The position numbers and the translations under genes are program-made. DNA of 63,367 nt, the filler included, from Octopus bimaculoides (lineage: Eukaryota), in the NCBI RefSeq assembly GCF_001194135.2. It is 5 parts of 5 records of this genome, joined end to end, with 100 filler letters (N's around TTAATTAATTAA, not from the genome) between each part and the next. Parts side by side here need not be neighbours in the genome. Positions count along the whole stretch, not along the records: positions 1 to 18,057 come from NC_068987.1; 4 more parts are not named here. The stretch is one strand, 5' to 3'. This document shows positions 1-14,614 of this stretch, one piece after another (the first letter of the stretch is position 1; every line of letters begins with the position of its first letter). The notes under the pieces were generated by a model. That model was not told the origin of the DNA, searched no databases, and saw only the letters and a program-made list of their open reading frames with translations.

Positions 1-36
<36 letters not shown>

Positions 37-480
37 GTACATATGTATGTGCATATATGTCAGTGTGTATATGTATTAATGTATTAATGTATGTGTGCGT
101 ATGTGTGTGTGTGTGTTTGTGTATGTATGTATGTGTGTGTGTATTATTCTTTTTTGTTTGTTTCGTTACGGTCAGTCAAGTATTGTTTTGTAGTGTGTAT
201 ATGTATATTATTATTAGTATTTTTTTCATATTTATGCCACGAAGGTGAATAGTCAGAAATAGATGGACGAAAGGGCTCAATATTTAAAGAACAACACACA
301 CATACACACATATATAAATATACATTATATGTGTATGTGTGTGTGTGTGTATGTATACAGATATACATACATATATATATATATGTATGTATGTATGTAT
401 GCATGTATGTATGTGTGTGTATGTATGTATGTATGTATGTATGTATGTGTGTGTGTGTGTGTGTGTATGTATGCTGAAAG
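1..480. repeat. Compound (TA)n/(TG)n/(TATG)n microsatellite block
   Basis: Directly visible di- and tetranucleotide runs. ORFs here are YI/HT/CV low-complexity artefacts. Confidence 0.95.
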
Positions 481-1316
481 AAAAGTAGAATAAAGTAAAA
501 TACAATATAGCTGAAAAGAAAAATATAATAAAATGAAAATAAAAAAAGTAACATTAAAAAAAAACTGAAAAAAATTGTAAAAATATATAAAATAAATCCC
601 TTCCCAGNNNNNNNNNNNNNNNNNNNNNNNNNNNNNNNNNNNNNNNNNNNNNNNNNNNNNNNNNNNNNNNNNNNNNNNNNNNNNNNNNNNNNNNNNNNNN
701 NNNNNGGGAGAACAAAAGAAAAATACACAAAAATTAAACTGAAGGAAAAGAAAAAAAAAACAAAACAGAAAAAGTTAAACTAAAGAATTAAAGAAAACGA
801 AAAACAGAAAAGAAAATCAAATGTAAAAAGCAACAAAAAAAGAAGAAAAAGAACTGATGATGAAGGAATACGTTTAACAAGCGAACTAACCTACACAACC
901 ACACATACAACAACCAAATCCTCCAGACTGACAGACTGTTTGTCTCTTAATCACAGACTACAGCCTGCCCTGCCCTGTCTTATCCTGATCTGCTCGTCCC
1001 TAACCAAATATATTACACGCTGGAATGGACATGTGTGTACCCACATCTATTACAATATCGACCGCATCCCGTTTTTTTTTCTTCTCCACCCCACCTTCTC
1101 GAGTGGTAACACTTTTTCATCATCGCTTTAATGGTGTTTTATTCAACCGTCGTTGCAATTCAATGTTTTGTTTGTTTGTTTGTTTGTTTGTTTGTTTATC
1201 TATTTTTGTTTGTTTCTTCTTTTTTTTGTGATCTGTTGTTGCCTAACAACTATGACGGGATCGCCAATTTTACGAGTGCGTATAACCATCAAATACCATT
1301 GTATAGATGTATCTAT

Positions 1317-1730
<414 letters not shown>

Positions 1731-2037
1731 ATCTATTCAGCTATCTGTGTGTGTGTGCGCGCACACTTATGTGTTTTTGTTTGAGTGTGAAAACGAAGGG
1801 AAGATAACTCTGTTTATAACATAGAGTGTACGTTTGTAAGTGTCCAGCTGGTGTGTTTAAACGGCCAATGCACGAAATCAGGAGTACAATTTCTCTCCTC
1901 CCTTTTCACCTTCTCTCTCTCCATTCTCTCTTTCTCTTATTTTTTCTCTCTCTCGATATAGATCGAGAGAGAGAAAGAGAGAGAAAGAGATTTATCTACA
2001 CATATCTATGCGCATATGTATGGATAGTTTGTATGTA

Positions 2038-2127
<90 letters not shown>

Positions 2128-2277
2128 CCCATGCTCAAACGTTCACACATAATTAAATATACACGTACATACAATCATATATACATACATACGTGTATGC
2201 ATACTCATACATGGACATAAAGTACGGTCATAATTATGTACGCACACATGTATGTATATATATAAATATAAATATAG

Positions 2278-2312
<35 letters not shown>

Positions 2313-2960
2313 NNNNNNNNNNNNNNNNNNNNNNNNNNNNNNNNNNNNNNNNNNNNNNNNNNNNNNNNNNNNNNNNNNNNNNNNNNNNNNNNNNNNNNNN
2401 NNNNNNNNNNNNNNNNNNNNNNNNNNNNNNNNNNNNNNNNNNNNNNNNNNNNNNNNNNNNNNNNNNNNNNNNNNNNNNNNNNNNNNNNNNNNNNNNNNNN
2501 NNNNNNNNNNNNNNNNNNNNNNNNNNNNNNNNNNNNNNNNNNNNNNNNNNNNNNNNNNNNNNNNNNNNNNNNNNNNNNNNNNNNNNNNNNNNNNNATATA
2601 TATATATATATATAAATGTATATATCTAAATATATATATATGTGTGTATACCCTTACAAATATATATATATATATCTATATATATATGCACGCATACATG
2701 CTTGCATCTCTCTCTCTCTTTCTCTATCTAGCTAACTATATATATGCACACATATATGTATGCACACATATGCACACATTCACTCACGCACACACACACA
2801 TACATACATCCATATTTGCATACATTATATATATATATATATATACATATACATGCATACGTACACTTACATGTTCATACGCACACGTATTGCATACATA
2901 GGAACAAACATATATGTGTGTGTGTATATGTATGTTTATGTATATACGTACTTATACACC

Positions 2961-3008
<48 letters not shown>

Positions 3009-3188
3009 CACACACGTTTTATCTTTTATCTTTGATCCTTTATTTTTTACTTGTGTCGATTACTGGACTGCAGCTATGTTGGGGCATCGCTTTGAAGGGG
3101 TTAGTCAAACAAATTGACCCTGGTACTTACATTTTATTAAGTTTGTCTAGCAGTCGGGAAAGGAGCAAACATAACTACAAAGACCCCG

Positions 3189-3500
3189 TCCCAAATAAGT
3201 ACCAGTTACGCACTGGGGTCGATATAATCGACTTAATCCGTTTGTCTGTCTTTGTTTGTCCCCTCTGTGTGTAGCCCCTTGTTGGCAGTAAAGAAATAAA
3301 CGTTAGTACGCCGGGCGAAATGCTTAGCAGTATTTCGTCTGTCTTTACATTTTGAGTTCAAATTCCGCCGAGGTCGACTTTGCCTTTCATCCCTTCGGGG
3401 TCAGTCAATTAAGTACCAGTTGCGTACTGGGGTCGATCGAATCGACTGGCCATCTCCCCCAAAATTTCGGGCCTTGTGCCTAGAGTAGAAAAGATTATAT
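3189..3500 (+). mobile_element. SINE family B: 3' part of one copy followed by a second near-complete copy
   Basis: cgccgggcgaaatgcttagc...gagttcaaattccgccgaggtcgactttgcctttcatcc...gggccttgtgcctagagtagaaaagattat recurs at 19618-19790, 42533-42690, 55259-55384 and 59095-59290. GAGTTCAAATTCC is B-box-like. Confidence 0.85.
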
Positions 3501-3714
3501 GTAGTGTCTTTTATCTTTTACTTGTCTCAGTGGNNNNNNNNNNNNNNNNNNNNNNNNNNNNNNNNNNNNNNNNNNNNNNNNNNNNNNNNNNNNNNNNNNN
3601 NNNNNNNNNNNNNNNNNNNNNNNNNNNNNNNNNNNNNNNNNNNNNNNNNNNNNNNNNNNNNNNNNNNNNNNNNNNNNNNNNNNNNNNNNNNNNNNNNNNN
3701 NNNNNNNNNNNNNN

Positions 3715-3750
<36 letters not shown>

Positions 3751-3766
3751 ACACACACACACACAT

Positions 3767-3893
3767 ACGAATGACTTCTTTCAGTTTCGGTCTACCAAAA
3801 CCACTCAGAAAGCTTTGATCGGCCTGAGGCTATTGCAGAAGACACTTGCCGAAATTGCCACGCAGTGGGACTGAACCTAGAACCCTGTGAACG
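3767..3893 (-). mobile_element. SINE family A fragment (tRNA-derived)
   Basis: Matches the reverse complement of the 5' half of the copies at 56590-56999 and 63028-63198. Confidence 0.8.
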
Positions 3894-4559
3894 GGAGGTT
3901 TGGGGAATGGAGGACTGAAATTGTTGACATTCCTGCACAGTGGTCGCTTTCAGAGAAGCTATCGTATTGTGAGGATATCGATTAGTTTCCCTTTTCAACA
4001 TCATTCCGAACGTGGTACTCTTAGGGATTTAAATCTGGTGAATTTGGAGACCACAAGTTTGTTATTACATGACCGTAATGATTATTTCACGTCTCCTTCT
4101 TCGGTTACGCGGCTGATATGTGAAGGTGCTGAGTCTTGGTTACCATTTTTGAAATCTGAATAAATTTTACCTTTTTCAGACCTATGACGATGGAATGACA
4201 ATTAGAAAAAGAAAAAAATGTTGTGGTGATAGACATTAACACCCCTGTGTGATTAAAATATGGACTCGTCGAACTCTTATAAAGAGAAACGTTTATCGTT
4301 GAGATGAAAGGCCGTTTTGAAGTCTCACGCAGCAGTAGTAGAAGTATAGCGTGTGAAGACATTGTTTTACTTCCGCTTCGTTAAAACATATATCCAAACG
4401 GAAATATATATATATATAAAATTACCCTTTTCGACACCTGCTCCTCTTCGCTTTCATTCAAGGTAACAAAGTTACCAAACATACTCATGACGTTTGTGTT
4501 GTACATAGAGAAGGCAATATTATTGAAAGAACTGAATAGAAGTGGTTTTCAAGTTCCAA

Positions 4560-4752
4560 GGAGGGGAATTTCGACCTCACAAACTTAAAGCAAGGCGACA
4601 ACATGTCACCGAAGTTGTTTACATTGTGCCTGCAAGACGCTATTATCAACAAAATCCAATGGGAAAAGAAGGACATAATTAATGGAGCACAACTAGGCCA
4701 ACTGGATTTCGGAGATGATATCATCTTGACAGCACATACACCTAAAGAAATG
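4560..4752 (+). mobile_element. RTE-like LINE reverse transcriptase fragment (degraded)
   Basis: Translates KQGDNMSPKLFTLCLQD...QLDFGDDIIL, matching the RT motifs QGD-x-SP-x-LF and (F/Y)ADD. Confidence 0.75.
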
Positions 4753-6137
4753 TTATATAGTGTCTACATGGCCACAACTGCCCAGAGACAGACAGCAGTG
4801 GAAAGAGTACAGGGAGGGGTTCCTCCTTCAGGAGTGATGAAGCCCTGGAAATTGGAAGAGAATATTTCTAAATTAAGGAAGCTTAGAGAGACGATTTAAC
4901 AGATCACCTCCTTGGTAAGAGAGTTGAGTTAGGGACGTCCCTTCGATCAATGCTCTATTTCTAACATATAACCAGAAAACAGTCGACATATCCAAACAGA
5001 CTGAGGTCAGGCTATGACCGAACAATGGCTAGTCTGAATTGGTGGGGATACAGTGAATCCCAATAACCCTATATGCCTAACATGTCAGATATCGCCCACA
5101 AGGTACAAACAATTTGATGCTGCACTGTCTGGTCACTTTAATCACAGAGTTGATATGGAAACAATCCATGAAGATGGAGAGACATACATCAATTGAGTTT
5201 TCGAATATAAGCCCGAGGGTGTGTAAGACACCATGCGAAACAACATTCAGTTTCTTCCAATCCACCGACCTTTTCAAGACTGTAGGGTGTCGATTGAAGG
5301 TGATTTTGCTGTTTTTTCTGGCAGGCCAAACAATCACGTAAAGGGCCCCTTTCCTCATCCTTTCACAGGAGGGCGGAGCAGGGGTTATTGGAACTAAGTA
5401 ATTAGCTGCGATCATGCACCGAGGTCGATTGAAGCCAATACCTTTATACCCTTGTCTGTTATTACTGAACTTAAGATGGCGTTCGTCTTGTACCAACATC
5501 AGGATTCTTCTCTATTACACAAAGCGTTTGTCTTCCAAATGGTTTCCTATTTTTATCAGACAGTAACAACAATAACAATAACAACATCGACAACAACAAC
5601 AACAATGGCGGCAATAACAACAACAGAAACAGCAGTAGCAACGTCAACTTCACCGTCGACAACAAACACAGAAGCCAATAAAGCAGGCATCAAAACTTCA
5701 TTCTTAACTAAAGCGGTCAAACGACACTGACGAATCTCCAGTGTTTTTGTTTACGAAAATTCACGCTTGTTCTCGCGTGATTTCCAGGAAACCTTCTCCC
5801 GGCATTTCAACACATCTTCTCTCTCTTCCTTTCTGTCTCTCTCTCTTTCTCTCTCTTTCTCTCTCTTTCCCTCTCTCTGTTTACTCTCTCTCTTTCTCTC
5901 TATTTCTCTCTCTCTCTTTTAATTTGCGGTTCTATTTGCCAAACATTCTTCAGACTGTATTTGATTATAGGNNNNNNNNNNNNNNNNNNNNNNNNNNNNN
6001 NNNNNNNNNNNNNNNNNNNNNNNNNNNNNNNNNNNNNNNNNNNNNNNNNNNNNNNNNNNNNNNNNNNNNNNNNNNNNNNNNNNNNNNNNNNNNNNNNNNN
6101 NNNNNNNNNNNNNNNNNNNNNNNNNNNNNNNNNNNNN

Positions 6138-6190
<53 letters not shown>

Positions 6191-7128
6191 TTTAAGGGTA
6201 ATGACTGGTATATGTTTGCATGATGTTTCAGTTCATAACTACTATATTTATATGTATATGAGACTGTGAACACACACACACACACACACATACGTGTGTA
6301 TGTATGTAACCATATATGTATGCGTGTGATTCTGAGTGCGCGTGCGTACGCGTGTATGCATGTATATATCTATATATATTCACACAATCATACATATACA
6401 TACATTTATATATATTATATATATATACATGTGTATATATATATATTTACATATACACACACATATATATAAACGTACACATACACACACATATGTCTAT
6501 ATATATATTTGTGTATGTATCTGAGACTGTTGTCTTAATTCTTTTGCGCATGTATGCGTATATATGTTGTGAAAATATGTATACAAGTCCGAATATACAC
6601 ATATATTCATGTATGTATATATATATATATATATATATCCCCTAGATGTACATACATATGTGAGTACACGTATAAGTGTATGTACGAAATATACTAAGAG
6701 AGAGATAAACAGGAAGAGAGAGAAAGAAAATAAAGTGTAAGAGAGAAAGAGGAGAACTAAGAGAGTGACTGTTTGTGAATTCCAACGTCGATCATGAAAC
6801 ATAGACACAGTGCCAAGAAAAACTCTGTTATTTTCAATTCCTTCTTTTGGAAAATTCTGGAGAAAATTGTTTGTTCACAGCGGTGCCTCGGCGCGAACCT
6901 CGCTACTCCCCCACTGCGTTAAATATTATAGTTGTTCACCGGTCTAAACAAAAGCTGCCATCATATTAAATACCGCCATCTTGAATTCTATGAAATATTG
7001 GCGTGGAGACACGTACGCGTATACTGCTGAAAGTATATGCGTTTATGTGTGTGTATACACACACATATGCGTATATGTTTGTGTACTCGCACATTCGCAT
7101 GCATATGCACATTATAAATAAATAGATT

Positions 7129-7159
<31 letters not shown>

Positions 7160-7240
7160 CGATAGATAGATAGCTAGATGGATAGATAGATAGATAGATA
7201 GCTAGCTAGATGGATAGATAGACAGAGATATATGGGTAAA

Positions 7241-7277
<37 letters not shown>

Positions 7278-8015
7278 NNNNNNNNNNCTACCTACACACA
7301 CACACACACACGCGTATTTTGTATATATTATGTAAGAATAAATGTTTCTAATTTTATATGTATTTATATCTATACGCATATATGATTATGCATACGCGTA
7401 TATATGTCCACATATGTATACAAACTGTGTTTTTACATATATATATGTATACACACACACATTCACACACACACACACACACGAACACACACACAGAATG
7501 AGAGGGAGACAGAGAAATACATACAAAAATGTACCTGTAAATATAGTTATATATTCATTAATAGATGTGTTTGTGTTTATATATATTCTTATCTTACTGT
7601 GGTGTATAGATAGAAACATAGACAGAATGAGACATACGGAAAGAGAGGGAGAGAAATATACGTTTGTGTGTACATAAATACGTGTATATGTATTTACTTA
7701 CTTCAATGTGTATGTGTATGTAACGCACATTCAAGCATATATACAGACATATATACCTATTGATTTATATATAGTATATACAAATATATATATATATATA
7801 TATATATANNNNNNNNNNNNNNNNNNNNNNATATATATACAAATATATATATATACATATACATATATATGTATGTATGTATGTATGTAAGTATATGGCA
7901 TAAATGTCAACGTCCAGTTTACAATTGGTTTCTGTTTTGAACAAAACCGTGTAATTCGCTCATTCGCTCGCACGTTTGCTCACGTACATATACACACAGA
8001 ATTCTGTGTACATAG

Positions 8016-8016
8016 C

Positions 8017-8061
<45 letters not shown>

Positions 8062-8113
8062 GTAGATAGACAGATAGATAGACAGAGAGACAGATAGACA
8101 GTTAGATAGATAA

Positions 8114-8145
<32 letters not shown>

Positions 8146-8155
8146 NNNNNNNNNN

Positions 8156-8199
<44 letters not shown>

Positions 8200-8305
8200 G
8201 AATGACTAGGCAGACATGCAGACTGACAGACAAACAGACAGACATACAGACGGACAGAATGGTGATGGACGGGCAGACGGACGTACGGACTGACGACGGA
8301 TGGAC

Positions 8306-8347
<42 letters not shown>

Positions 8348-8395
8348 TCAGACAGACGGACAGACTGACAGACAGACTGACAGACAAAGAGAGAT
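8016..8395. repeat. (GATA)n/(GACA)n microsatellite array
   Basis: Directly visible. Confidence 0.95.
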
Positions 8396-9265
8396 TTTGA
8401 GAGAGACTGTATGTATGTATGTATGTATGTATGTATGTATGTATACGCACATACATATGCCTATGTTTTTGAACATGTATATACGTATGTGTGTATCCCT
8501 CCGTGTATGTGTGTACGTTTGCGATTTTGTATCGTTAAACTGTCTTTCATAACAGGTGTAAATGAAAGGTAAACTTCGAAGCTAGGATGCAGAGAGGAGA
8601 AAGAGACAGGGAAAGAGAAAGAGTTAGCAGAGGAGGAGAAGGAGGAAAAAAAGAGAATAAGAGAATGGAAGGGTGGAAGGTTGGATGGAGAGGTGGTGCA
8701 TAGAATTGTTGGGTGAGGGTGGTGTGTGGCTGGACGGGGGTTGGGTTGCCGGCTGATGCTCAATTAGCGTGACGTGTGCAAAGTTTGGCGTTTGTCTGTT
8801 GTGGTTGAGAATAGCCGACTGGTGGGGGCCGGTCTAACGTTTGGGCTATCACGCGAAATTTTTGGGTTATTCAGTGCATTCTTATCTCACACTGACACAC
8901 ACACACACACTCACACACATATATACAAACATATACACAATCAGGCAGACATACACACATAAAACCTACACTCACACACGCACACGTGTATATATATATA
9001 TATAGGCATGCATATGTGCGTATTTTTGCGCGTGAAAATGTTTATATAAGCGTATTGGTATAAATATCCATATAAATATGCGCATACACGCACACATATG
9101 CATGCATATATTTAAGTACACATACGCAGACACACAAATGTATGACTGTGCGTGTTTGTGTGTATATATATGAGCATACATGATAGATTGACGGATGTAC
9201 ATGCATACTTACAAACATATATATATACGTATGTATACATACAGCTCTCTCTATAAACAGATAAC

Positions 9266-9313
<48 letters not shown>

Positions 9314-10492
9314 NNNNNNNNNNNNNNNNNNNNNNNNNNNNNNNNNNNNNNNNNNNNNNNNNNNNNNNNNNNNNNNNNNNNNNNNNNNNNNNNNNNNNNN
9401 NNNNNNNNNNNNNNNNNNNNNNNNNNNNNNNNNNNNNNNNNNNNNNNNNNNNNNNNNNNNNNNNNNNNNNNNNNNNNNNNNNNNNNNNNNNNNNNNNNNN
9501 NNNNNNNNNNNNNNNNNNNNNNNNNNNNNNNNNNNNNNNNNNNNNNNNNNNNNNNNNNNNNNNNNNNNNNNNNNNNNNNNNNNNNNNNNNNNNNNNNNNN
9601 NNNNNNNNNNNNNNNNNNNNNNNNNNNNNNNNNNNNNNNNNNNNNNNNNNNNNNNNNNNNNNNNNNNNNNNNNNNNNNNNNNNNNNNNNNNNNNNNNNNN
9701 NNNNNNNNNNNNNNNNNNNNNNNNNNNNNNNNNNNNNNNNNNNNNNNNNNNNNNNNNNNNNNNNNNNNNNNNNNNNNNNNNNNNNNNNNNNNNNNNNNNN
9801 NNNNNNNNNNNNNNNNNNNNNNNNNNNNNNNNNNNNNNNNNNNNNNNNNNNNNNNNNNNNNNNNNNNNNNNNNNNNNNNNNNNNNNNNNNNNNNNNNNNN
9901 NNNNNNNNNAGAGAGAGAGAGAGAGGGAAAGAGTGAGAGAAAACAGTAAAGACAGTGATACGTACGTACGTATATGTATACATACATACATACATACATA
10001 CATAATCATAAAAACAATTTCATACATACAACACACACAGACGCACACAAATACACACACACACACACACATGACCAGACAATCGTGCTTATTCCTGCAC
10101 GGTAATTGTTTAATCCAGCATAATCCGGAGCCGATAGCTGCATGAAGCGTTGTTGTCAAAATCTATCCATAAAATCTTCCGCAACAAAATGTCTGGTCAC
10201 TGAGTAGTCGTAAAAAAAACCCAGAGACGTTCTAGCTGCGATCACACGTTTTCAGGAATGATATTGAGTAACCCTCTGACCAGAAATGTTCTAGCCGTGG
10301 CCATCTCACCTCCGGGCCTTATGCTGAATAGGTCTATGATCAGAGACATTCCAGCTGTCGAAATGACACTACCGGGCATGGCTGATTGAATGCTGGCGAT
10401 TTTGGCACGGCTGACTGGACATTCTTCTTGCTTTGATGACAGTACGTTTTGGCACACAAATACGCACACCAGTGCAGAAATATACATATACA

Positions 10493-10556
10493 GGCGCAGC
10501 AGGCGTGGCTGTCTGGTAAGGAGCTTGCTTTCCAGTCACATAGTTCAGGATTCAGT
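10493..10556 (+). mobile_element. SINE family A tRNA-like head, running into an N gap
   Basis: ggcgcagcaggcgtggctgtctggtaaggagcttgc...ttcaggattcagt has A/B-box-like motifs and aligns with 63028-63095. Confidence 0.7.
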
Positions 10557-11410
10557 NNNNNNNNNNNNNNNNNNNNNNNNNNNNNNNNNNNNNNNNNNNN
10601 NNNNNNNNNNNNNNNNNNNNNNNNNNNNNNNNNNNNNNNNNNNNNNNNNNNNNNNNNNNNNNNNNNNNNNNNNNNNNNNNNNNNNNNNNNNNNNNNNNNN
10701 NNNNNNNNNNNNNNNNNNNNNNNNNNNNNNNNNNNNNNNNNNNNNNNNNNNNNNNNNNNNNNNNNNNNNNNNNNNNNNNNNNNNNNNNNNNNNNNNNNNN
10801 NNNNNNNNNNNNNNNNNNNNNNNNNNNNNNNNNNNNNNNNNNNNNNNNNNNNNNNNNNNNNNNNNNNNNNNNNNNNNNNNNNNNNNNNNNNNNNNNNNNN
10901 NNNNNNNNNNNNNNNNNNNNNNNNNNNNNNNNNNNNNNNNNNNNNNNNNNNNNNNNNNNNNNNNNNNNNNNNNNNNNNNNNNNNNNNNNNNNNNNNNNNN
11001 NNNNNNNNNNNNNNNNNNNNNNNNNNNNNNNNNNNNNNNNNNNNNNNNNNNNNNNNNNNNNNNNNNNNNNNNNNNNNNNNNNNNNNNNNNNNNNNNNNNN
11101 NNNNNNNNNNNNNNNNNNNNNNNNNNNNNNNNNNNNNNNNNNNNNNNNNNNNNNNNNNNNNNNNNNNNNNNNNNNNNNNNNNNNNNNNNNNNNNNNNNNN
11201 NNNNNNNNNNNNNNNNNNNNNNNNNNNNNNNNNNNNNNNNNNNNNNNNNNNNNNNNNNNNNNNNNNNNNNNNNNNNNNNNNNNNNNNNNNNNNNNNNNNN
11301 NNNNNNNNNNNNNNNNNNNNNNNNNNNNNNNNNNNNNNNNNNNNNNNNNNNNNNNNNNNNNNNNNNNNNNNNNNNNNNNNNNNNNNNNNNNNNNNNNNNN
11401 NNNNNNNNNN

Positions 11411-11445
<35 letters not shown>

Positions 11446-12305
11446 ACGGCGGATTGGACAGGTTGTTAGCGTGCCCGATGGCAAGTGGGTCCCCTTAGAC
11501 ATTCGAGTCCATATATGAGGGCCCAAGAAAAAGCTTTACTTTCAAAAAGAATATCTGAAGTCTTAGAGAAAGAATAGAAATTAGACAAAGAAACAAATAA
11601 AACAATTGAGCAACGCAGTTGGTCAAAGCATTCCCTAGGGAATTAATAGAAATCAAAATATATGATACAACAGACAGCTAGTCAGTGGTGATAAAGTGTA
11701 GACAGCCTGCTCGTAACCGCATCTCATTTCCGAGCAACATAGGGGTTAGATCGGAGGCAAACCGACCAATTCATTTCTCAGTACCGTCCGACACCATTAG
11801 TATGGCATACATGACGTCATGCACACATGATGTCATGACTGTCCTGCGTCCCAATGTAAGTCAGAGGATCCCCAACTCCTTCTAGTTGTCACAGCAATGA
11901 TTCAGTTCAGTCGGAAGACAACGGAGGTAATAAATCAAATAAAACAATTTGATGTATTTCTTAACTGCAATCCCACTTACACAAATTTTGTTTGTAGCAG
12001 ACTGTAGCAAAAACTTTTATGCTCCGATGAAAATTATTGAGGGATAACTGTCCCATTAATTAAATGATTAATTGATTGATTGATTGTGTATACAAATCAT
12101 TATATGATGCGGAAACAGTATCTCAAGTCATTGGAAACGTACGTAAATGAATAAAATTATGTAAGAATAGAATTCTACAGTAATTTCAGCACTAAGCAGT
12201 GATATGTTTATTCTGACCAGGCGGCCCACGAGCGCAGTTAGTCACTAAAGATTATTCCTAATCACTACTTAACACTGACTCTACTGTATACATATATATA
12301 CATAC

Positions 12306-12350
<45 letters not shown>

Positions 12351-12739
12351 NNNNNNNNNNNNNNNNNNNNNNNNNNNNNNNNNNNNNNNNNNNNNNNNNN
12401 NNNNNNNNNNNNNNNNNNNNNNNNNNNNNNNNNNNNNNNNNNNNNNNNNNNNNNNNNNNNNNNNNNNNNNNNNNNNNNNNNNNNNNNNNNNNNNNNNNNN
12501 NNNNNNNNNNNNNNNNNNNNNNNNNNNNNNNNNNNNNNNNNNNNNNNNNNNNNNNNNNNNNNNNNNNNNNNNNNNNNNNNNNNNNNNNNNNNNNNNNNNN
12601 NNNNNNNNNNNNNNNNNNNNNNNNNNNNNNNNNNNNNNNNNNNNNNNNNNNNNNNNNNNNNNNNNNNNNNNNNNNNNNNNNNNNNNNNNNNNNNNNNNNN
12701 NNNNNNNNNNNNNNNTATTTCTAGCAGGTAAAGCTTAGC

Positions 12740-12785
12740 TGATTCACGCCATCTTGGTTGGCGTTTTGTCAGATGACGTCAGAGA
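12740..12785. promoter_or_regulatory. Candidate promoter motifs: YY1-like CGCCATCTT and CRE TGACGTCA
   Basis: CGCCATCTT at 12747-12755 and TGACGTCA at 12774-12781 in locally CpG-retaining sequence. Motif match only. Confidence 0.3.
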
Positions 12786-13429
12786 TGAAAGAAAAGATAA
12801 ATGACATTCGCTTTTCGTAATTTTGCGTCAAGATAAGAACTTTGGGACAGACTGACCAACAGTTGGAATTCAACTAGGGACATGAACAATAGAATGATTG
12901 CATTACAGAATTAATTTTCATCCATCCTTAACCTCTGATCAAACACCACCGGGGCATATAGTCATTATAGACGTATTATAGTTATGATTTAGTTTGGGGC
13001 CCAGGCCTATTAGCTCTCCGCAAAAGCTCGCTTAAAAGTCCGCACGGAGTTCGGCTTTTAAGTTAGCATATAATATGTGTAATAAAGTAGCGCTATTTCG
13101 ACTAAGACAGTACAACAGTTAATCAACGTTTAGAATTCTACGTTAATCCCTGTAAATCCAAATTTTAATCGTTTATTAAATGTTATTTGACTTCCTATGT
13201 TTGTTTGTATTTTAGTATCATATACATCTGAGTAGTTTACAGCGTGCATAATCGAGAGTAGAATAAAACAAAAGAATAAGTTTAAGTATTCTTTTTTATT
13301 ACAACATCATAATGTTGTAATAAAAACACTTAAACCAACTCTTTGTTCACGCACACATACACATAGACACACACATACATACACACATATTAACGTTAGT
13401 TTTTATGTCAAGTTATAGACTCCAGACTG

Positions 13430-13600
13430 GCATTTATTTTTGGTGTGGATGTGTTGATGATTCTTTTGCTAATGAAAGGGTTTATTCGTCTGACTGATGA
13501 GTTATTATTGAAAGTGGGTTTGTGATCCTTCATGGTGATATATGGTCTTTTGGTTGTCAAGATATCTTCTCTATTTTTGACTTTTGGGTTCGTGGCTTTT
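13430..13600 (-). mobile_element. Penelope-like element RT N-terminal fragment
   Basis: Minus strand gives KRPYITMKDHKPTFNNNSSVRRINP, similar to the Penelope RT hallmark ITLKDHK..F.NNP..RLINP. Confidence 0.7.
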
Positions 13601-13759
13601 CTCTTTTCTTTTCTTTTTTTGGTTGTTATTATGTCACTTAAAGAAGTATATTTTGTTTTCTTTATGTTAGAGATTACATTACTATTGCAAGGTCCAATCT
13701 AAGTAGCGATGTGGTAGCTTTTGTTCCTCAGTTACCCTGCGACCTATACCACCGGAGCG

Positions 13760-14318
13760 CAAGTTCTTGATCGATCCTCCCATGCTAGACAGGTTATAAG
13801 ACAGAAACTGGACTAATACGAAACACTTCTTCCCATAGGTAAAAATGGGTTTGCGTAGTGCCAACACTCCTATCTAGAAAAAAACCCCAAAGTTACAGAA
13901 GCATCGATGACATCAAAACCAACATGACCAGGCAGATCAAAACCTTCCTTCAGGCTCTGTCCTGGAATTCACAAGAGAGGTAGAAGTGTGTTATGTCTCA
14001 AGCTACTGCTATCTTGCACCTTCGGATGATCTCTACTCAACCGCCACACAACTGCTACTCGACTGCTACTCAACACACTACCACGGCCAGACTACCTCTA
14101 TTTATGTCTTGGGAGATTCTACTTCTTTGCCTGGGGGCGACGACACAACAAAGTGAGAACATCCTAAAAAAACAAGTGGAGGGAGGATACTGAAAAGAGC
14201 AGAAAAAGTAATGATTCAACTGGAGAGAAACAGAAAAGACAGTTGAAAGTCGAGTGCAATCGAGAGAGGTCGTCGTGACCTACGCTTCATCGGGAGCGAT
14301 GAGCTTAAGTTAGTAAGA
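13760..14318 (+). mobile_element. RTE LINE 3' end (degraded)
   Basis: Translates ...QALSWNSQER*K (compare RQALTWNPQGKRK) and WREDTEK. Ends gagcttaagttagtaag, like RTE (TAAG)n tails. Confidence 0.55.
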
Positions 14319-14386
14319 GAATATGCAAGAAAGGAGGATGTTGTTAGAGGTTTCACTTATCTGGTAGAAATTGCTTATTTTCTCCG

Positions 14387-14449
<63 letters not shown>

Positions 14450-14614
14450 TATTATTATCTAATTATATCTAACAATTAATTACGTCATATTTTATTCCAC
14501 ATATCTTAATATAATATTATTTTAATTGTACTTTATAGTACATATTTTTATCTATTAAATTATCCAATGTATATCTTATCCTGGTTTTAATTTTATCTTA
14601 TTTTTATTTGTAGT

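Noticed and set aside
5452-5730. Mucin-like Thr-rich ORF
   Set aside because: It derives from a degenerate (ACA)n microsatellite and has no convincing splice or start context.
10242-10487. 81-aa minus ORF and splice-like sites near 10248 and 10441
   Set aside because: All plus frames between the sites contain stops and the minus ORF has no recognisable motif.
13490-13515. CTGATGA...GAAA motif
   Set aside because: No stem II pairing, and it is the antisense of Penelope RT coding sequence.
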